In this document: one piece after another, positions 1 to 12,440 of the stretch | Layout: each line of letters begins with the position of its first letter | Numbering within the stretch: the first letter of the stretch is position 1 | NCBI GenBank assembly: GCA_963716255.1 | Contig: OY970303.1 | Location: 8,160,001 to 8,224,000, forward strand | Source: an uncultured Gemmatimonadales bacterium | GTDB taxonomy: Bacteria; Gemmatimonadota; Gemmatimonadetes; Longimicrobiales; Longimicrobiaceae | Direction of reading: 5' to 3' | Length of the DNA stretch: 64,000 bases | Program-made: the position numbers and the translations under genes | Notes under the pieces: generated by a model | The model's database searches: none | Told to the model about the DNA's origin: nothing | Seen by the model: the letters and a program-made list of their open reading frames with translations, nothing else

Positions 1-215
1 ATGGTCTGGAACTGCCGCCCCAGCGAGTCGGCGCGGGTCTGGTACGTCCCCGCCGCCGCCTGCAGCTCCTGCAGCGCGCGCGACGCGGCGGGGATCCCGG
101 CCAGGATCTTGTCGGTGTTCACGTAGCCGAACTTGGGGGTCTGGGCCGATGCAGTGCCCACTCCCGCGAGGAGAGCCAGCGTCAGCAGGCCGCTGACGGA
201 CAGAAAACGCTTCAT
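1..215 (-). CDS. skp: OmpH/Skp periplasmic chaperone (5' part; runs off window)
   Basis: Manual translation from ATG at 215: MKRFLSVSGLLTLALLAGVGTASAQTPKFGYVNTDKIL. Signal peptide plus KxGYVN motif; directly downstream of bamA. Confidence 0.85.
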   Translation of the reverse strand, partial: MKRFLSVSGLLTLALLAGVGTASAQTPKFGYVNTDKILAGIPAASRALQELQAAAGTYQTRADSLGRQFQT

Positions 216-235
216 TCAATCGCTCCGTTGATGGG

Positions 236-2709
236 TCAGAAGCCCTGACCGAACTTGAAGTGCACCTCCCACCCCGGATTCGGCTTGTCGAACCCGTACG
301 CCAGGTCGAGCCCGATGGGGCCGAAGGGGGTCACCACCGTCCCCCCGAACCCGGCGCCCCTGTACAGCCGCGTCGGGTTGAACTGCTCCGCCGTCCGCCA
401 CACGTTCCCCGCGTCGCCGAACGCCGACACCGAGAGCTGGTCGTTGATCCGGACCGCGTACTCCGCCGACACCGTGAAGAACGAGCTCCCCAGGCACTCC
501 AGGCGGAACTGGCTGCCGCACGACTCGTCGAAGCCCAGCGCCGTGATGGAAGCGTCCGGGTAGCCGCGGAGCGGCTGGCCCAGGCGCGTGCCGCCCGCGT
601 AGAACTGCTCGAAGGGGAAGAACGACGCGTCGCCGAAGATGGTGCCCGCCCGCGCGTTGAGCCCCAGCGCCAGCCGGATGGGCCGCTGCCCCGGCGCCGA
701 GCCGCCCAGCCGCCCCACGGGCACCCACCACTCCAGGTCGCCGAACACCTTCTGGAAGTTGCCGTTGCCGCCCAGCGGGCCGCCGGTCTGCTCCACCGAC
801 AGCGACTGCCGCGTCCCCGAGACCGGGAACATGGGGTGGCTCTTGGTGTCGCGGGTCAGCGCCAGCGACAGGCTGCTCGCCAGCGCGTCGCCCAGGCACT
901 CGATCTCCGTCGACTCCCCCGAGCACTCGTCGTCGCTCGACCCGTCGTACGCCGTCTCCGAGAGCGAGTACCCCAGGAAGGCCCGCGTCCGGAAGAGCCC
1001 CGGGACCGGGAAGCCCACCTGAAGCGAGCCGCCCGTGCGCAGCCGGCGCACGTTGCCGAAGGTGTAGAAGCGGTCGCCGGTGTGGAACACGGAGCCGCTG
1101 AGCGAGTTGCGGCTTCCGAAGATCGCCGGGTCCGTGTACGACGCCTCCACGTTGCTCCGCCCCAGCCCGTACTCGGCGCGCAGGTTCGCCTGCTTCCCCT
1201 GCCCGAAGAGGTTCGGCTGGCCGTAGCTGATGTACCCCGAAAGACCGCCGCCCCGCCCGGCGTAGCTCCCGCCGATCGTGGTGCCGAAGCTGATCTGCCC
1301 CGTCTGCTTCTCCTTGACGTGGAAGGTGATGTCCACCTCCCCCGTCTCCTGGATCGGGCTGATGTCCGGCGTCGGCATCGGCGTCTCGAAGAAGCCGAGC
1401 CCGCTGATGCTGTTGTAGCTGGCGATCAGCCGCTCCTCGTTGTACACGTCGCCCGGGAGCACCAGCAGGCGCTCGCGGATCACCGACTCGTGGGTGAAGG
1501 TGTTCCCCTCGATGGCGACCCGGCGGATGTAGAACGGCTGCCGCTCCGACACCGCCCAGGTGACGTTCACCACCGGCGGCTCGCCCGGCGTCGTGGCCGG
1601 GACCCGCCGCACGATCGGCTCCACCTGCGCGTACAGGTAGCCCTCGTTGCTGTACATCTTGCGGAGCTCGGCCGTGGCGTCGTCCAGCGCCGCGCGGTCG
1701 AAGACCTCCCCGCGCTCGCGCTCCCCGCCCCCGCCGAAGGGCAGCCCCAGCACCGAGCCGCGCTCCACCGTGTACAGGCGCTTCACCTGGTCGGTGGGAA
1801 AGTGCGAGTTGCCCTCCACCCGGAACTCGCCCAGGCGGTACTGCGCCCCCTCGCTGACGTCCACCACCAGCTGCGCCTTGCCCGTCTGCGGATCCACCAC
1901 CAGCGTGTCCGAAAGGACCGCGAAGTCGATGTATCCACGCGCCCCGTAGAACTCCGGCAGGCGCTCGCGCAGGTCCGCCTGGAAGGTCTCGCGGTCGAAC
2001 TGGCCGGAGCGGAACCAGAGGAACCCTTCCGGCTTGGTGCGCATCGCGTCCTGAAGCGCCCCGTCCGCGAAGGCCTGGTTGCCGCGGAAATCCACGTCCG
2101 CGATCGCCAGCCGGTTCCCCTCGCGCACGTTGAAGGTCAGGCGGAAGGCCCCGGCCGGGCTCTGCACGGGCGTCAGCGTGGTGTCGATGGACGCCACCTG
2201 GAGCCCCTGCTTGGCGAGGAGGTCGCGGATCATCTGCTCCGTCCGCACCACCTGCGCCGGGTTGAGCGGCTGGTTCTCCTTGATCCCCACGGTGTCGCGC
2301 ACCGTGCTGGCGCTGACGCTCTCCAGCCCCTTGAAGTCCACCTGCGCCACCAGCGGCCGCTCCACCACCTGGATGACCAGGGTGACGCGGGCCGGATCGC
2401 CGCGGGAAAGGATCTCCACCGACTCGAAGTTGCCCGTCGACATCAGCCGGCGGATCGCCGTCTGGATCTCGGGGCCGCGCAGGACCGAGCCCGGGCGCAG
2501 GCCGGAGGTGGTGCGGACCACCGCCTCGGCCACGCGCTGGTTGCCGCGGACGAGCACCGAGTCGAGCACGGCGCTCGGCTGCTGTGCGGGAGCTGGGGCG
2601 GGAGTCGGTTCCTGGGCGCGGGCGGAAAGGGTGCCCACGCCGATCATGAGAATGGAGAGGAGGGCCGCGGTTCCCGCGACCCTCCCCGTCCGGCTGCCGA
2701 ATCGGGACA

Positions 2710-2710
<1 letters not shown>
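236..2710 (-). CDS. bamA: Outer membrane protein assembly factor BamA
   Basis: Signal peptide, POTRA-like repeats (GNQRV, IEGNTFTHESVIRE), NLFGQG, FYAGG..LRGY, TPFGPI, C-terminal Phe. Confidence 0.95.
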
Positions 2711-5193
<2,483 letters not shown>

Positions 5194-5236
5194 TGTGCCC
5201 CTTCGTTGCGAAGCATCCGTCTAGCGAGAAGGCAGG

Positions 5237-6349
5237 CTACTTCGGGAGCTCGCCGTCGTCCCCTTCGGGAGACGGGTCACCCTCCTGAGCCAGGATCCGC
5301 CTGACGTAGGCGGCGCGGTACACGTCGACCTCCCCCTCGGGGAGGACTCCACCAGCCATCTGCTCGAGGTGAGCAGCCTGCGTGAAGATCATGATGCGGT
5401 TCAGCGAGTATACACTGAGCCCCGGGAGAAGTGCCAGCCCCACGCCCAGCCGCACGCCGCTCAGCAGGTTCATGACCTCCTCGAACGAGATGGACCTCGC
5501 GTGCCGCAGCAGGCCGTACGCCCTCCACACCTTGTCCTCGATCACCGTGGGCGCGTCCCGCAGCAGGACGGTGCGCGCCTGCACCTCGTACTGCACCACC
5601 TGCTGCACGATCCGCTGCAGGTGGTCCACCAGGTCCTCTTCCGTCTTCCCCAGCGTGGTCTGGTTGGAGATCTGGAAGAAGTTCCCCACCACCTCGGACC
5701 CCTCCCCGTACAATCCCCGGAACGTCAGCCCCACCTGCGAGATCCCCTGCAGCACCTTGCCGATCTCCTGCGTCAGCACCAGCCCCGGCAGGTGGATCAG
5801 CACCGAGGCCCGCAGCCCGGTCCCCACGTTGGTGGGGCACGAGGTCAGGTACCCGAACTCGGTGTGGAACGCGTAGGGGAGCCGCCCCCCCAGCTCCTCG
5901 TCCAGCCGGTCCACCAGCCCCCACGCGTCGCGGAGGCGGAAGCCGCTCACCAGCCCCTGCAGGCGCAGGTGGTCCTCCTCGTTCACCATCACGCTCACGC
6001 CGTCGCGGTCGGCCAGGATCAGCGCCGCGTGCGACGGCGGCCGCCCCCCGCCCCCCTCCACCATCTCCTTGCTCACCAGGTGCCGCTCCAGCAGCAGCTG
6101 CCTCTGCGTGGCGTCCAGCGACGGGATGGCGATGGCCGCCCCGTCGCGCAGCGAATCCGTGGCCTCCGCGGCTTCGCGGGCCAGGTGCAGCACCGCGCGG
6201 CGGTCGGGCTCGGTGGCCCGCAGCCCGAAGCGGTACCCTTGAAGATTTCGTGCCAGCCGCACGCGCGTGGACAGCACGATGTCCGACTGGGGACCCTCGG
6301 CGTCCAGCCACTCCAGACCGCCCTCCGGCGGCGTCTTCACGTCCTGCAT
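5237..6349 (-). CDS. mcsB: Protein arginine kinase McsB
   Basis: LSTRVRLARN, NEEDHLR and TSCPTNVGTGLRAS phosphagen-kinase motifs. Start set at ATG 6349 (MQDVK); the longer ORF runs into a repeat. Confidence 0.93.
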   Translation of the reverse strand: MQDVKTPPEGGLEWLDAEGPQSDIVLSTRVRLARNLQGYRFGLRATEPDRRAVLHLAREAAEATDSLRDGAAIAIPSLDATQRQLLLERHLVSKEMVEGGGGRPPSHAALILADRDGVSVMVNEEDHLRLQGLVSGFRLRDAWGLVDRLDEELGGRLPYAFHTEFGYLTSCPTNVGTGLRASVLIHLPGLVLTQEIGKVLQGISQVGLTFRGLYGEGSEVVGNFFQISNQTTLGKTEEDLVDHLQRIVQQVVQYEVQARTVLLRDAPTVIEDKVWRAYGLLRHARSISFEEVMNLLSGVRLGVGLALLPGLSVYSLNRIMIFTQAAHLEQMAGGVLPEGEVDVYRAAYVRRILAQEGDPSPEGDDGELPK

Positions 6350-6393
6350 CGGCGTTGCTCCGTGCTTTTCAACAACTTTGAACGGAAGGGTTT

Positions 6394-6527
6394 GGGCGTG
6401 CCCCCGGCTGGCGCCGGGGTCGGGCTTCGGCTCCGTAGCAAACGATACCGCCGTTTGCAACGGAGTCGAGCCCCGGCGGAAACAGCCCCGCCGGGTCTCG
6501 CCCCTTCGGGCCGTAATCCCTCACGCG
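6394..6527 (+). repeat. Structured repeat family A (Flavo-1-like), copy 1
   Basis: GGGCGTGCCCCCGGC..GCCGGGGTCGGGCTTCGGCTCCGT..ACGGAGTCGAGCCC..GGGCCGTAATCCCTCACGCG; six full copies in the window. Confidence 0.9.
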
Positions 6528-6566
6528 ACGGGCCCCGCGTTTCAGTTGCAGCCCGTTCCCTGTTCC

Positions 6567-7064
6567 CTATTCCGCCGCGTCGGCGCGCCGGATCTGGTCT
6601 CGCAGCACCGCCGCCCGCTCGAAGTCCTCCGACTCCACCGCGCGGGCCAGGCTGCGCCGGAGGCTGGCCACCCGCGCGGTGCGGTCGGTGGCGCGCGGGT
6701 CCGGCGGCAGGTAGACCTTGCCCATGTGCTGGGTGCCGCCGTGCAGCTTGCGCAGCAGCCCCCGCAGGTGCTGGTCGAAGTGCGCGTAGCAGTGCGGGCA
6801 CCCCAGCCGTCCCGTGCGCTTGAAGTCGTTCATGGTGAGGCCGCAGAACTCGCACGCGCCCACCGCGGTGCCGGACCCCACGGCGAGCCCCTTCCCCATC
6901 TGCGCCAGGAAGTCCGTCAGCGGGGCGGTCTCGGCGCTGTCACCCGTGTCCAGCCCCATCTCCTCCGCGCACGAGTCGCAGAGGTGGCGGGTGATCATCT
7001 CGTTGCTGACGATCTGCGTCAGGTGGACCTTGGCCGGGTTCTTCCCGCAGTTTTCGCACTGCAT
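6567..7064 (-). CDS. mcsA: McsA, zinc-binding activator of McsB (UVR motif)
   Basis: Four CxxC motifs, GRLGCPHCY, C-terminal EDFERAAVLRD. Confidence 0.93.
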   Translation of the reverse strand: MQCENCGKNPAKVHLTQIVSNEMITRHLCDSCAEEMGLDTGDSAETAPLTDFLAQMGKGLAVGSGTAVGACEFCGLTMNDFKRTGRLGCPHCYAHFDQHLRGLLRKLHGGTQHMGKVYLPPDPRATDRTARVASLRRSLARAVESEDFERAAVLRDQIRRADAAE

Positions 7065-7102
7065 TCTCGGTCGCGCGCTACGCGTCTGATGTGGCGGAGG
7101 GC

Positions 7103-7840
7103 TCAGCCCCCCCAGGGCCCCGCCGGCATCTCCTCCCGCTCCGTTTCCGCGGGGACCAGCCTGCCGGCGTGGAGCCGCAATACCCGGTCCGCCCGCGCGG
7201 CCAGGTCCAGGTTGTGGGTGACCAGGATCATGGCGGCCGCGTTCTCGCGGCTCACCTCGAAGAGCAGGTCGTGGAGCCGCTCGCCGGTGGGCGGGTCCAG
7301 GTTCCCGGAAGGCTCGTCCGCCAGGAGGAGCACCGGGTGCGTGACCAGCGCCCGCGCGACGGCCACCCGCTGCTGCTCGCCGCCCGAGAGCTGCCCCGGC
7401 TTGTGCTCCAGCCGGGGCTCCAGCCCCACGCGCGCCAGCATGGAGCGCGCCCGGTCCCGCGCCTCGCGCGGCGCCGTGCCCCCGATGAGGAGCGGCATCA
7501 TCACGTTCTCCAGCGCGGAAAACTCGCGCAGGAGGTGATGGAACTGGAACACGAAGCCGATCCGCTCGTTCCGCAGGGCGGCGAGCTCGTCCTCCTTCAG
7601 CCGGGCCAGCGCGCTCCCCCCCACGTGCACGTCGCCTCCGGTGGGAACGTCCAGCCCGCCCAGGATGTGCAGCAGGGTGGACTTCCCCGCCCCGCTCTGA
7701 CCGATCACCGCGATGGTCTCGCCGGCGGAAACGTCCAGCTCCACGCCCTCCAGGATCTGAATGGGGGTGCCGTCCCCGCCCACGTAGCGCTTGGAGATGG
7801 TGCGCGCCAGGACCGCGGGAGCATCCGTGCGCTCACTCAT
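7103..7840 (-). CDS. lolD: Lipoprotein-releasing ABC transporter ATP-binding protein
   Basis: GQSGAGKST, GFVFQFHHLL, LSGGEQQRVA, LADEPSGNLD; adjacent to a LolC/E permease. Confidence 0.92.
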   Translation of the reverse strand: MSERTDAPAVLARTISKRYVGGDGTPIQILEGVELDVSAGETIAVIGQSGAGKSTLLHILGGLDVPTGGDVHVGGSALARLKEDELAALRNERIGFVFQFHHLLREFSALENVMMPLLIGGTAPREARDRARSMLARVGLEPRLEHKPGQLSGGEQQRVAVARALVTHPVLLLADEPSGNLDPPTGERLHDLLFEVSRENAAAMILVTHNLDLAARADRVLRLHAGRLVPAETEREEMPAGPWGG

Positions 7841-9074
7841 GACGGATCGCCTCCACCGGGAGGAGCGCCGCCGCCTGCCGCGAGGGGTAGAGCGTCGCCA
7901 CGAACGAGATCGCCACGCTGGAGATCAGGATCACCAGCACGTCCACCGGGTCCCAGGCCACCGGCAGGTGGTCCACGAAGTACACGTCCCCCGGGATCTT
8001 GATCAGCTCGTAGCGGTCGATCACCCAGGTCAGGACCAGGCCGCCGGCCGCGCCCAGGGTGGACCCCACGACCCCGATCACCAGCCCCTGCAGCATGAAG
8101 ATCTTCTGCACTCGCTTCGAAGTGAGCCCCATGGACTTGAGGATCCCGATCTCCCGCGTCTTGTCGGTGACCACCATGATGAGCGTGGAGATGATGTTGA
8201 ACGCCGCCACGATCACGATGAGGAGGAGGATGACCATCATCGCCAGCTTCTCCAGCTTGAGCGCGGAGAAGAGCGACGAGTTCATGGACTTCCAGTCCTC
8301 GGCGCGGTAGGGGTAGCCCAGCGTCTTCTCCAGCTCGCGCCCCACCAGGTCCGCGTTCATGGGGTCGGGGACGCGCACCTCCAGCCCCGACACGGCGTTG
8401 CCCAGGTTGGCGACCTCGCGGCCGGCCGCCAGGGTGGTGTACATGAACTTGTTGTCGTACTCGTACATCCCCGTCTTGAAGCGGCCCGCCACCTCGAACT
8501 TGCGCATGCGCGGCTGCAGCCCGCCCAGCGGGGTGGTGGTGGCCCCCTGCATGGAGATGACGTCCACCACGTCGCCCTCGTACAGCCCGAAGCGCTCCGC
8601 CAGCGAGGCACCCACCAGGAGCGGCGGGTACCCGGACCGGGTCTCGCCCAGCCGCGCCTCTCCCCGGCGGATCATCCCCACGATGTCCGTCACGGGCGGG
8701 CCCGCGGCGCCGGGGTCGATCCCACGCAGGATGGCGGCCTCGGCATAGCCCGCGCGGTTGGTGAGCCCCACCTCGGTGTGAACGAAGGGGGCTGCGGCCG
8801 TGACCCCGGGTACCCGCCGCACCTTTTCCAGCGTCGGCTGCCACGCGTCCAGCCGCATGGTCTCGCCGAAGGTGGTGAGCCAGATGTGCGGGTTGGTTCC
8901 CAGGATCTTGTCGCGCAGGTCGGTCTGCAGCCCCGTCATCACCGCGGTGACGATGATCAGCGCCATGACCCCCACCGTCACCCCGCCGATGGAGATGGCG
9001 GTGATGAGCGACAGGAAGCGCGTGCCGCGGCGGGACGCCAGGTAGCGCCGGCCGATGTACCACTCCAGGTTCAC
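7833..9074 (-). CDS. Lipoprotein-releasing ABC transporter permease LolC/E
   Basis: FtsX-type permease: IGRRYL, VAAFNIISTL, KTREIGILKSMG, ATLYPS..AA..P.EAIRHE. Confidence 0.92.
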   Translation of the reverse strand: MNLEWYIGRRYLASRRGTRFLSLITAISIGGVTVGVMALIIVTAVMTGLQTDLRDKILGTNPHIWLTTFGETMRLDAWQPTLEKVRRVPGVTAAAPFVHTEVGLTNRAGYAEAAILRGIDPGAAGPPVTDIVGMIRRGEARLGETRSGYPPLLVGASLAERFGLYEGDVVDVISMQGATTTPLGGLQPRMRKFEVAGRFKTGMYEYDNKFMYTTLAAGREVANLGNAVSGLEVRVPDPMNADLVGRELEKTLGYPYRAEDWKSMNSSLFSALKLEKLAMMVILLLIVIVAAFNIISTLIMVVTDKTREIGILKSMGLTSKRVQKIFMLQGLVIGVVGSTLGAAGGLVLTWVIDRYELIKIPGDVYFVDHLPVAWDPVDVLVILISSVAISFVATLYPSRQAAALLPVEAIRHE

Positions 9075-9102
9075 GGACTCCTCCGCATGGACGGGCCGGC
9101 CC

Positions 9103-9203
9103 TCATTCGGGCCGCATCGTCGGGAACAGGATCACGTCTCGAATCGACGTCCGGCCGGCCAGGATCATGGCGAGGCGGTCCACGAGTCCTCCGGGTCAGC
9201 CAT
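9103..9203 (-). pseudogene. lysS: Remnant of class II lysyl-tRNA synthetase (first ~7 codons joined out of frame to last 26 codons)
   Basis: 9183-9103 translates [26 protein letters not shown], the motif-3/C-terminus typical of LysS. ATG at 9203 (MADPEDS) overlaps the prfB stop and has GGAG upstream. This is the usual prfB-lysS position. Confidence 0.85.
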
Positions 9204-10306
9204 GGTGCACTCCGCCGAACTCCCTCAGATAAGCCTTGATGAACGGGTCCAGGTCGCCGTCCATGACCTTCTGCACGTCCGGGAGCTTGAGCTCCGTCCG
9301 GTGGTCGTTGACCATGGTGTACGGCTGGAAGACGTAGGAGCGGATCTGGCTCCCCCAGCCGATGTCGGTCTTGGTGGATTCCAGCTTCGCCTTCTCCTTC
9401 TCCTGCTCCTCCAGCGCGCGCTGGTAGAGCGCCGCCTTGAGCATCTTCATGGCGGTCGCCCGGTTCTTGTGCTGCGAGCGCTCCTGCTGGCACGCCACCA
9501 CGATCCCCGACGGGAGGTGGCGGAGCCGGACGGCGGAGCTGGTCTTGTTGACGTGCTGGCCGCCGGCGCCGGAGGCGCGGTACACGTCCATCTCGATGTC
9601 CTCCTCCCGGATCTCGATCTCGATGGTGTCGTCCACCATGGGGTAGACGAAGACCGAGGCGAAGGAAGTGTGCCGCCGCGCCTGCGAGTCGAACGGGGAG
9701 ATGCGCACCAGCCGGTGCACGCCCCGCTCCGCCCGAAGATAGCCGTAGGCGTACTGTCCGCGGATCTCCAGGGTTGCGGACTTGATCCCGGCCTCGTCGC
9801 CCTCCTGCCGGTCGAGCAGCTCGACCTCGAAGCCGCGCCGCTCCCCCCAGCGCCCGTACATGCGCAGGAGCATCTCGGCCCAGTCCTGAGACTCGGTGCC
9901 GCCCGCGCCCGGGTGGATGGTCAGGAGCGCATCGCGGTGGTCGTCCGGTCCCTGGAGCATGTTGCGCAGCTCCAGGTCCTCCAGGCCGGCCCCCACCGCC
10001 TCCACCTCGCGCTCCCATTCCTCGGCGAGTTCCGCGTCCTCCTCCACCGCGAGCAGCTCGCCCAGCTCGGTGAGGTCCTGCACCTTGCCGGTGAGGCGGG
10101 CCCAGGGGTCGGTCCAGGCCTTCACCGCGTTGGCCTCGGCGATCACCTCGCGCGCCTTGTCGGCGTCGTTCCAGAACGCCGGGTCGCCCATGCGGGCCTC
10201 CAGCTGCCTCAGCTTCTCCTGCTTGGCAGCAACGTCAAAGAAACCCCCTCAGCTCATCGAGCCTTTCGCGGTACACGTCGAGCCTGGACTGGATTTCGGC
10301 GTTCAT
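9196..10306 (-). CDS. prfB: Peptide chain release factor 2 (programmed +1 frameshift)
   Basis: SPF tripeptide and GGQHVNKT. First segment from ATG 10306 (MNAEIQSRLDVYRERLDELRGFL) ends at CTT TGA C. Confidence 0.97.
10234..10249 (-). promoter_or_regulatory. prfB +1 frameshift site
   Basis: AGGGGG TTT CTT TGA C: internal Shine-Dalgarno plus slippery CTT-TGA. Confidence 0.95.
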
Positions 10307-10379
10307 GTTCGTTCACCCGGTTTCCACCAATGACAAGGGCCGCCCCTGCTGGACGGCCCTCGGGCTGGTTCGCAGCGGG

Positions 10380-10408
10380 AATATACTCCCGCCCGTTACC
10401 CCGTGCAA
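10380..10408 (-). promoter_or_regulatory. Putative sigma70 promoter for the prfB operon
   Basis: TTGCAC-17 bp-TATATT. Confidence 0.6.
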
Positions 10409-10427
10409 TCGACCCCGGTTCCGGCGC

Positions 10428-10973
10428 TCAGAACACCCTCTGCCCGCGTGCGAGGATGTCGTTCAGCGCGTCGCGGAAGAAGGTGGTGCCCTGGGCGGTC
10501 TCCTGCCCCACCTGCTGCACGTACTCCTCCCAGCTCTTCTTGATCTCCTCCTTGAACTCGCGCTTCAGCGTCCCGTCCCGGAGCGCCGCCTCGCGGCGGT
10601 CCGGGTGGTAGGTGACGATGTCCGACACCAGCGCCCGGGCGAGCCGGCGGGCCTTGGCCGCGGGGTCCGACGCCCCGAAGGGCGAGGGCGCGCCCGCCCG
10701 CGGCACGGCCGGAGCGGGTGCGGCCGGTGCGGCCGCCACGGCCGGCCGGGGCGCCTCGACAGCCGGCGGCGCGGGAGCCTCCGCGGGCGCGGCCGCCAGA
10801 GAAGGACTCGCAGGCGCCGCCACGGCCCCGACGGCAGCCGGCTGCGCGGGGGCGTCGGCACCCACCTGGAACACGCCGCGGCAGATGGAGCAGCGGACGC
10901 GCGCCCCGCCCGCGGGTACCTTGGCCGGGTCCACGCGGAAGACCGTGTTGCAGTGCGGACAGGCAGCGTTCAT
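10428..10973 (-). CDS. MJ0042-type zinc-ribbon protein with Ala/Pro linker and RomX-like C-terminal domain
   Basis: CPHC..RCSIC zinc ribbon, low-complexity linker, C-terminal KARRLARALVSDIVTY..EEIKKSWEEY..FFRDALNDIL. Confidence 0.8.
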   Translation of the reverse strand: MNAACPHCNTVFRVDPAKVPAGGARVRCSICRGVFQVGADAPAQPAAVGAVAAPASPSLAAAPAEAPAPPAVEAPRPAVAAAPAAPAPAVPRAGAPSPFGASDPAAKARRLARALVSDIVTYHPDRREAALRDGTLKREFKEEIKKSWEEYVQQVGQETAQGTTFFRDALNDILARGQRVF

Positions 10974-11039
10974 GAGGAGTCAGCCTCGTCGGGTCCAGGG
11001 ATGAGGAATCCGTATGTGTCGAGCAGCCGGCGCGATGCC

Positions 11040-11166
11040 CGCGTGAGGGATTTCGGCCCGAAGGGGCGAGACCCGCGCAGTTTGCGGGGCTCGACTCCGT
11101 CAGCGAGCGTTGTTTGCTCGCTTACGGAGCCGAAGCCCGACCCCGGCGCCAGCCGGGGGCACGCCC
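11040..11166 (-). repeat. Repeat family A copy 2
   Basis: Reverse-complement copy; central stem AGCGAGC/GCTCGCT. Confidence 0.9.
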
Positions 11167-11199
11167 GACCCCGCCGTTACATGCAGTTCCAGCTCTGTT

Positions 11200-12132
11200 T
11201 CACGGCTTGCGGCGGTCCACCGCGAACACCGACCCGGGGAGCGTCTTGGCGTACGCCTTCATCTCCGTGGCCAGCTCGCTGATCTGCGCGGTGTGCGTGA
11301 AGTCGCGCCTCTCGTTGGTCACCACGCCGATGGACAGCGTCATCAGCGGCACCTCGTAAAGCTCGCCGCGGCGGTCCTTGCCGTGGAAGAAGCCGCGGGC
11401 GCGATCCTCGACCGAGTACTGGAACGGGATCAGCTCCTCGAAGACGGAGATCACCTCGTCGCAGCACAGCCGGAAGTCCGCCAGCGCGCAGTTGAAGATG
11501 AAGTCGTCCCCGCCGATGTGCCCCACGAACGCCCCCGGCGACCGGGCCCGGACCACGTCGCGCAGGATGCGGGAGAGAAGCAGGATGACGCGGTCGCCGT
11601 TGTTGTAGCCGTAGCGGTCGTTGAACTCCTTGAAGTGGTCCAGGTCGGCGTAGCACACCGCGAAGCGGTCGCCCGAGGCGAGCCGCACTCCGATGTCGCG
11701 CTCGATCTGCACCGTCCCCGGGAGCCGGGTGGTGGGATGGACGCTCACGTCGCGCTCGGCCCGCCAGAGCGCCATGCTCAGGCGCAGCCGGCACTCGCGC
11801 TCCACCAGGTCGCCGCAGAGGACCTCGTCGGCGCCGGCCTCCAGGGCGTCCGCGTTGGCATCCGGGCCGCCGTCCACCACGTAGGCGATCACCGGGACCA
11901 CGGCCGTGAACGCCTCCGCCTTGACGGTGCGGCACAGCTCCACCACCACGTCCGCCGGGCTGGAGGCGTCCACCACGATCGCCATGGGGTAGGCGCGGTT
12001 GACCCGGGTGACGAGCTCGTCCACGGAGGCGACCTCCACCAGCTCGTAGCCGCCCGACTCGGCGAAGTCCTGCACCATCTTCGGAGCACGGCGGCCGTGC
12101 GGCGAAAAGTGCAGGAGGAATCTGAGCGCCAT
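11200..12132 (-). CDS. Diguanylate cyclase with degenerate receiver-like N-terminus
   Basis: PTTRLPG, DLDHFKEFNDRYGYNNGD, GHIGGDDF. Confidence 0.88.
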   Translation of the reverse strand: MALRFLLHFSPHGRRAPKMVQDFAESGGYELVEVASVDELVTRVNRAYPMAIVVDASSPADVVVELCRTVKAEAFTAVVPVIAYVVDGGPDANADALEAGADEVLCGDLVERECRLRLSMALWRAERDVSVHPTTRLPGTVQIERDIGVRLASGDRFAVCYADLDHFKEFNDRYGYNNGDRVILLLSRILRDVVRARSPGAFVGHIGGDDFIFNCALADFRLCCDEVISVFEELIPFQYSVEDRARGFFHGKDRRGELYEVPLMTLSIGVVTNERRDFTHTAQISELATEMKAYAKTLPGSVFAVDRRKP

Positions 12133-12170
12133 GAGCGGAGGGAGCGGGGATTGGCTGTGGGGACCCGCAA

Positions 12171-12199
12171 ATACTACCCGCGGGCTCCCGTCCTGTCAA
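12171..12199 (-). promoter_or_regulatory. Putative sigma70 promoter for the GGDEF gene
   Basis: TTGACA-17 bp-TAGTAT. Confidence 0.65.
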
Positions 12200-12272
12200 A
12201 CGGACGCGCGAGGGCGGACGGGGCCCTGTGGGGAGCGGAAAGGCCGGCGCCGACCCGGGGCGGCAGGACGCC

Positions 12273-12437
12273 TCAGAGCGGCTGCGCCTCGTCGATGAGC
12301 AGGATCGGGATGCCGTCGCGCACCTCGTACCTGAGCCTGTCGCGCTCGCAGACGAGCGACGGCGGGTCCTCGTGGTACACGAGCTCCCCCTTGCAGCGGG
12401 GGCAGACCAGGATCTCCAGCAGCTGCGGATCGAGCAT
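12273..12437 (-). CDS. Trm112 family protein (54 aa; not in ORF track)
   Basis: Manual translation MLDPQLLEILVCPRCKGELVYHEDPPSLVCERDRLRYEVRDGIPILLIDEAQPL. Confidence 0.92.
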   Translation of the reverse strand: MLDPQLLEILVCPRCKGELVYHEDPPSLVCERDRLRYEVRDGIPILLIDEAQPL

Positions 12438-12440
12438 CGT

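Noticed and set aside
6350..6460. N-terminal extensions of mcsB, the thioesterase, rhomboid, nucleotidase and cyclophilin from the ORF track
   Set aside because: The extensions run through intergenic repeats that happen to lack stops; better starts exist downstream.
6394..6527. Family A as a known self-cleaving ribozyme or riboswitch
   Set aside because: I could not find hammerhead (CUGAnGA/GAAA), twister or HDV cores by eye, and position and orientation relative to genes do not fit a cis 5' regulator. Not formally excluded.
11200..12132. Possible Hypr-type (3',3'-cGAMP) GGDEF enzyme
   Set aside because: The guanine-specifying Asp in NDxxGxxxGD is retained (NDRYGYNNGD), whereas Hypr enzymes have Ser/Thr there.
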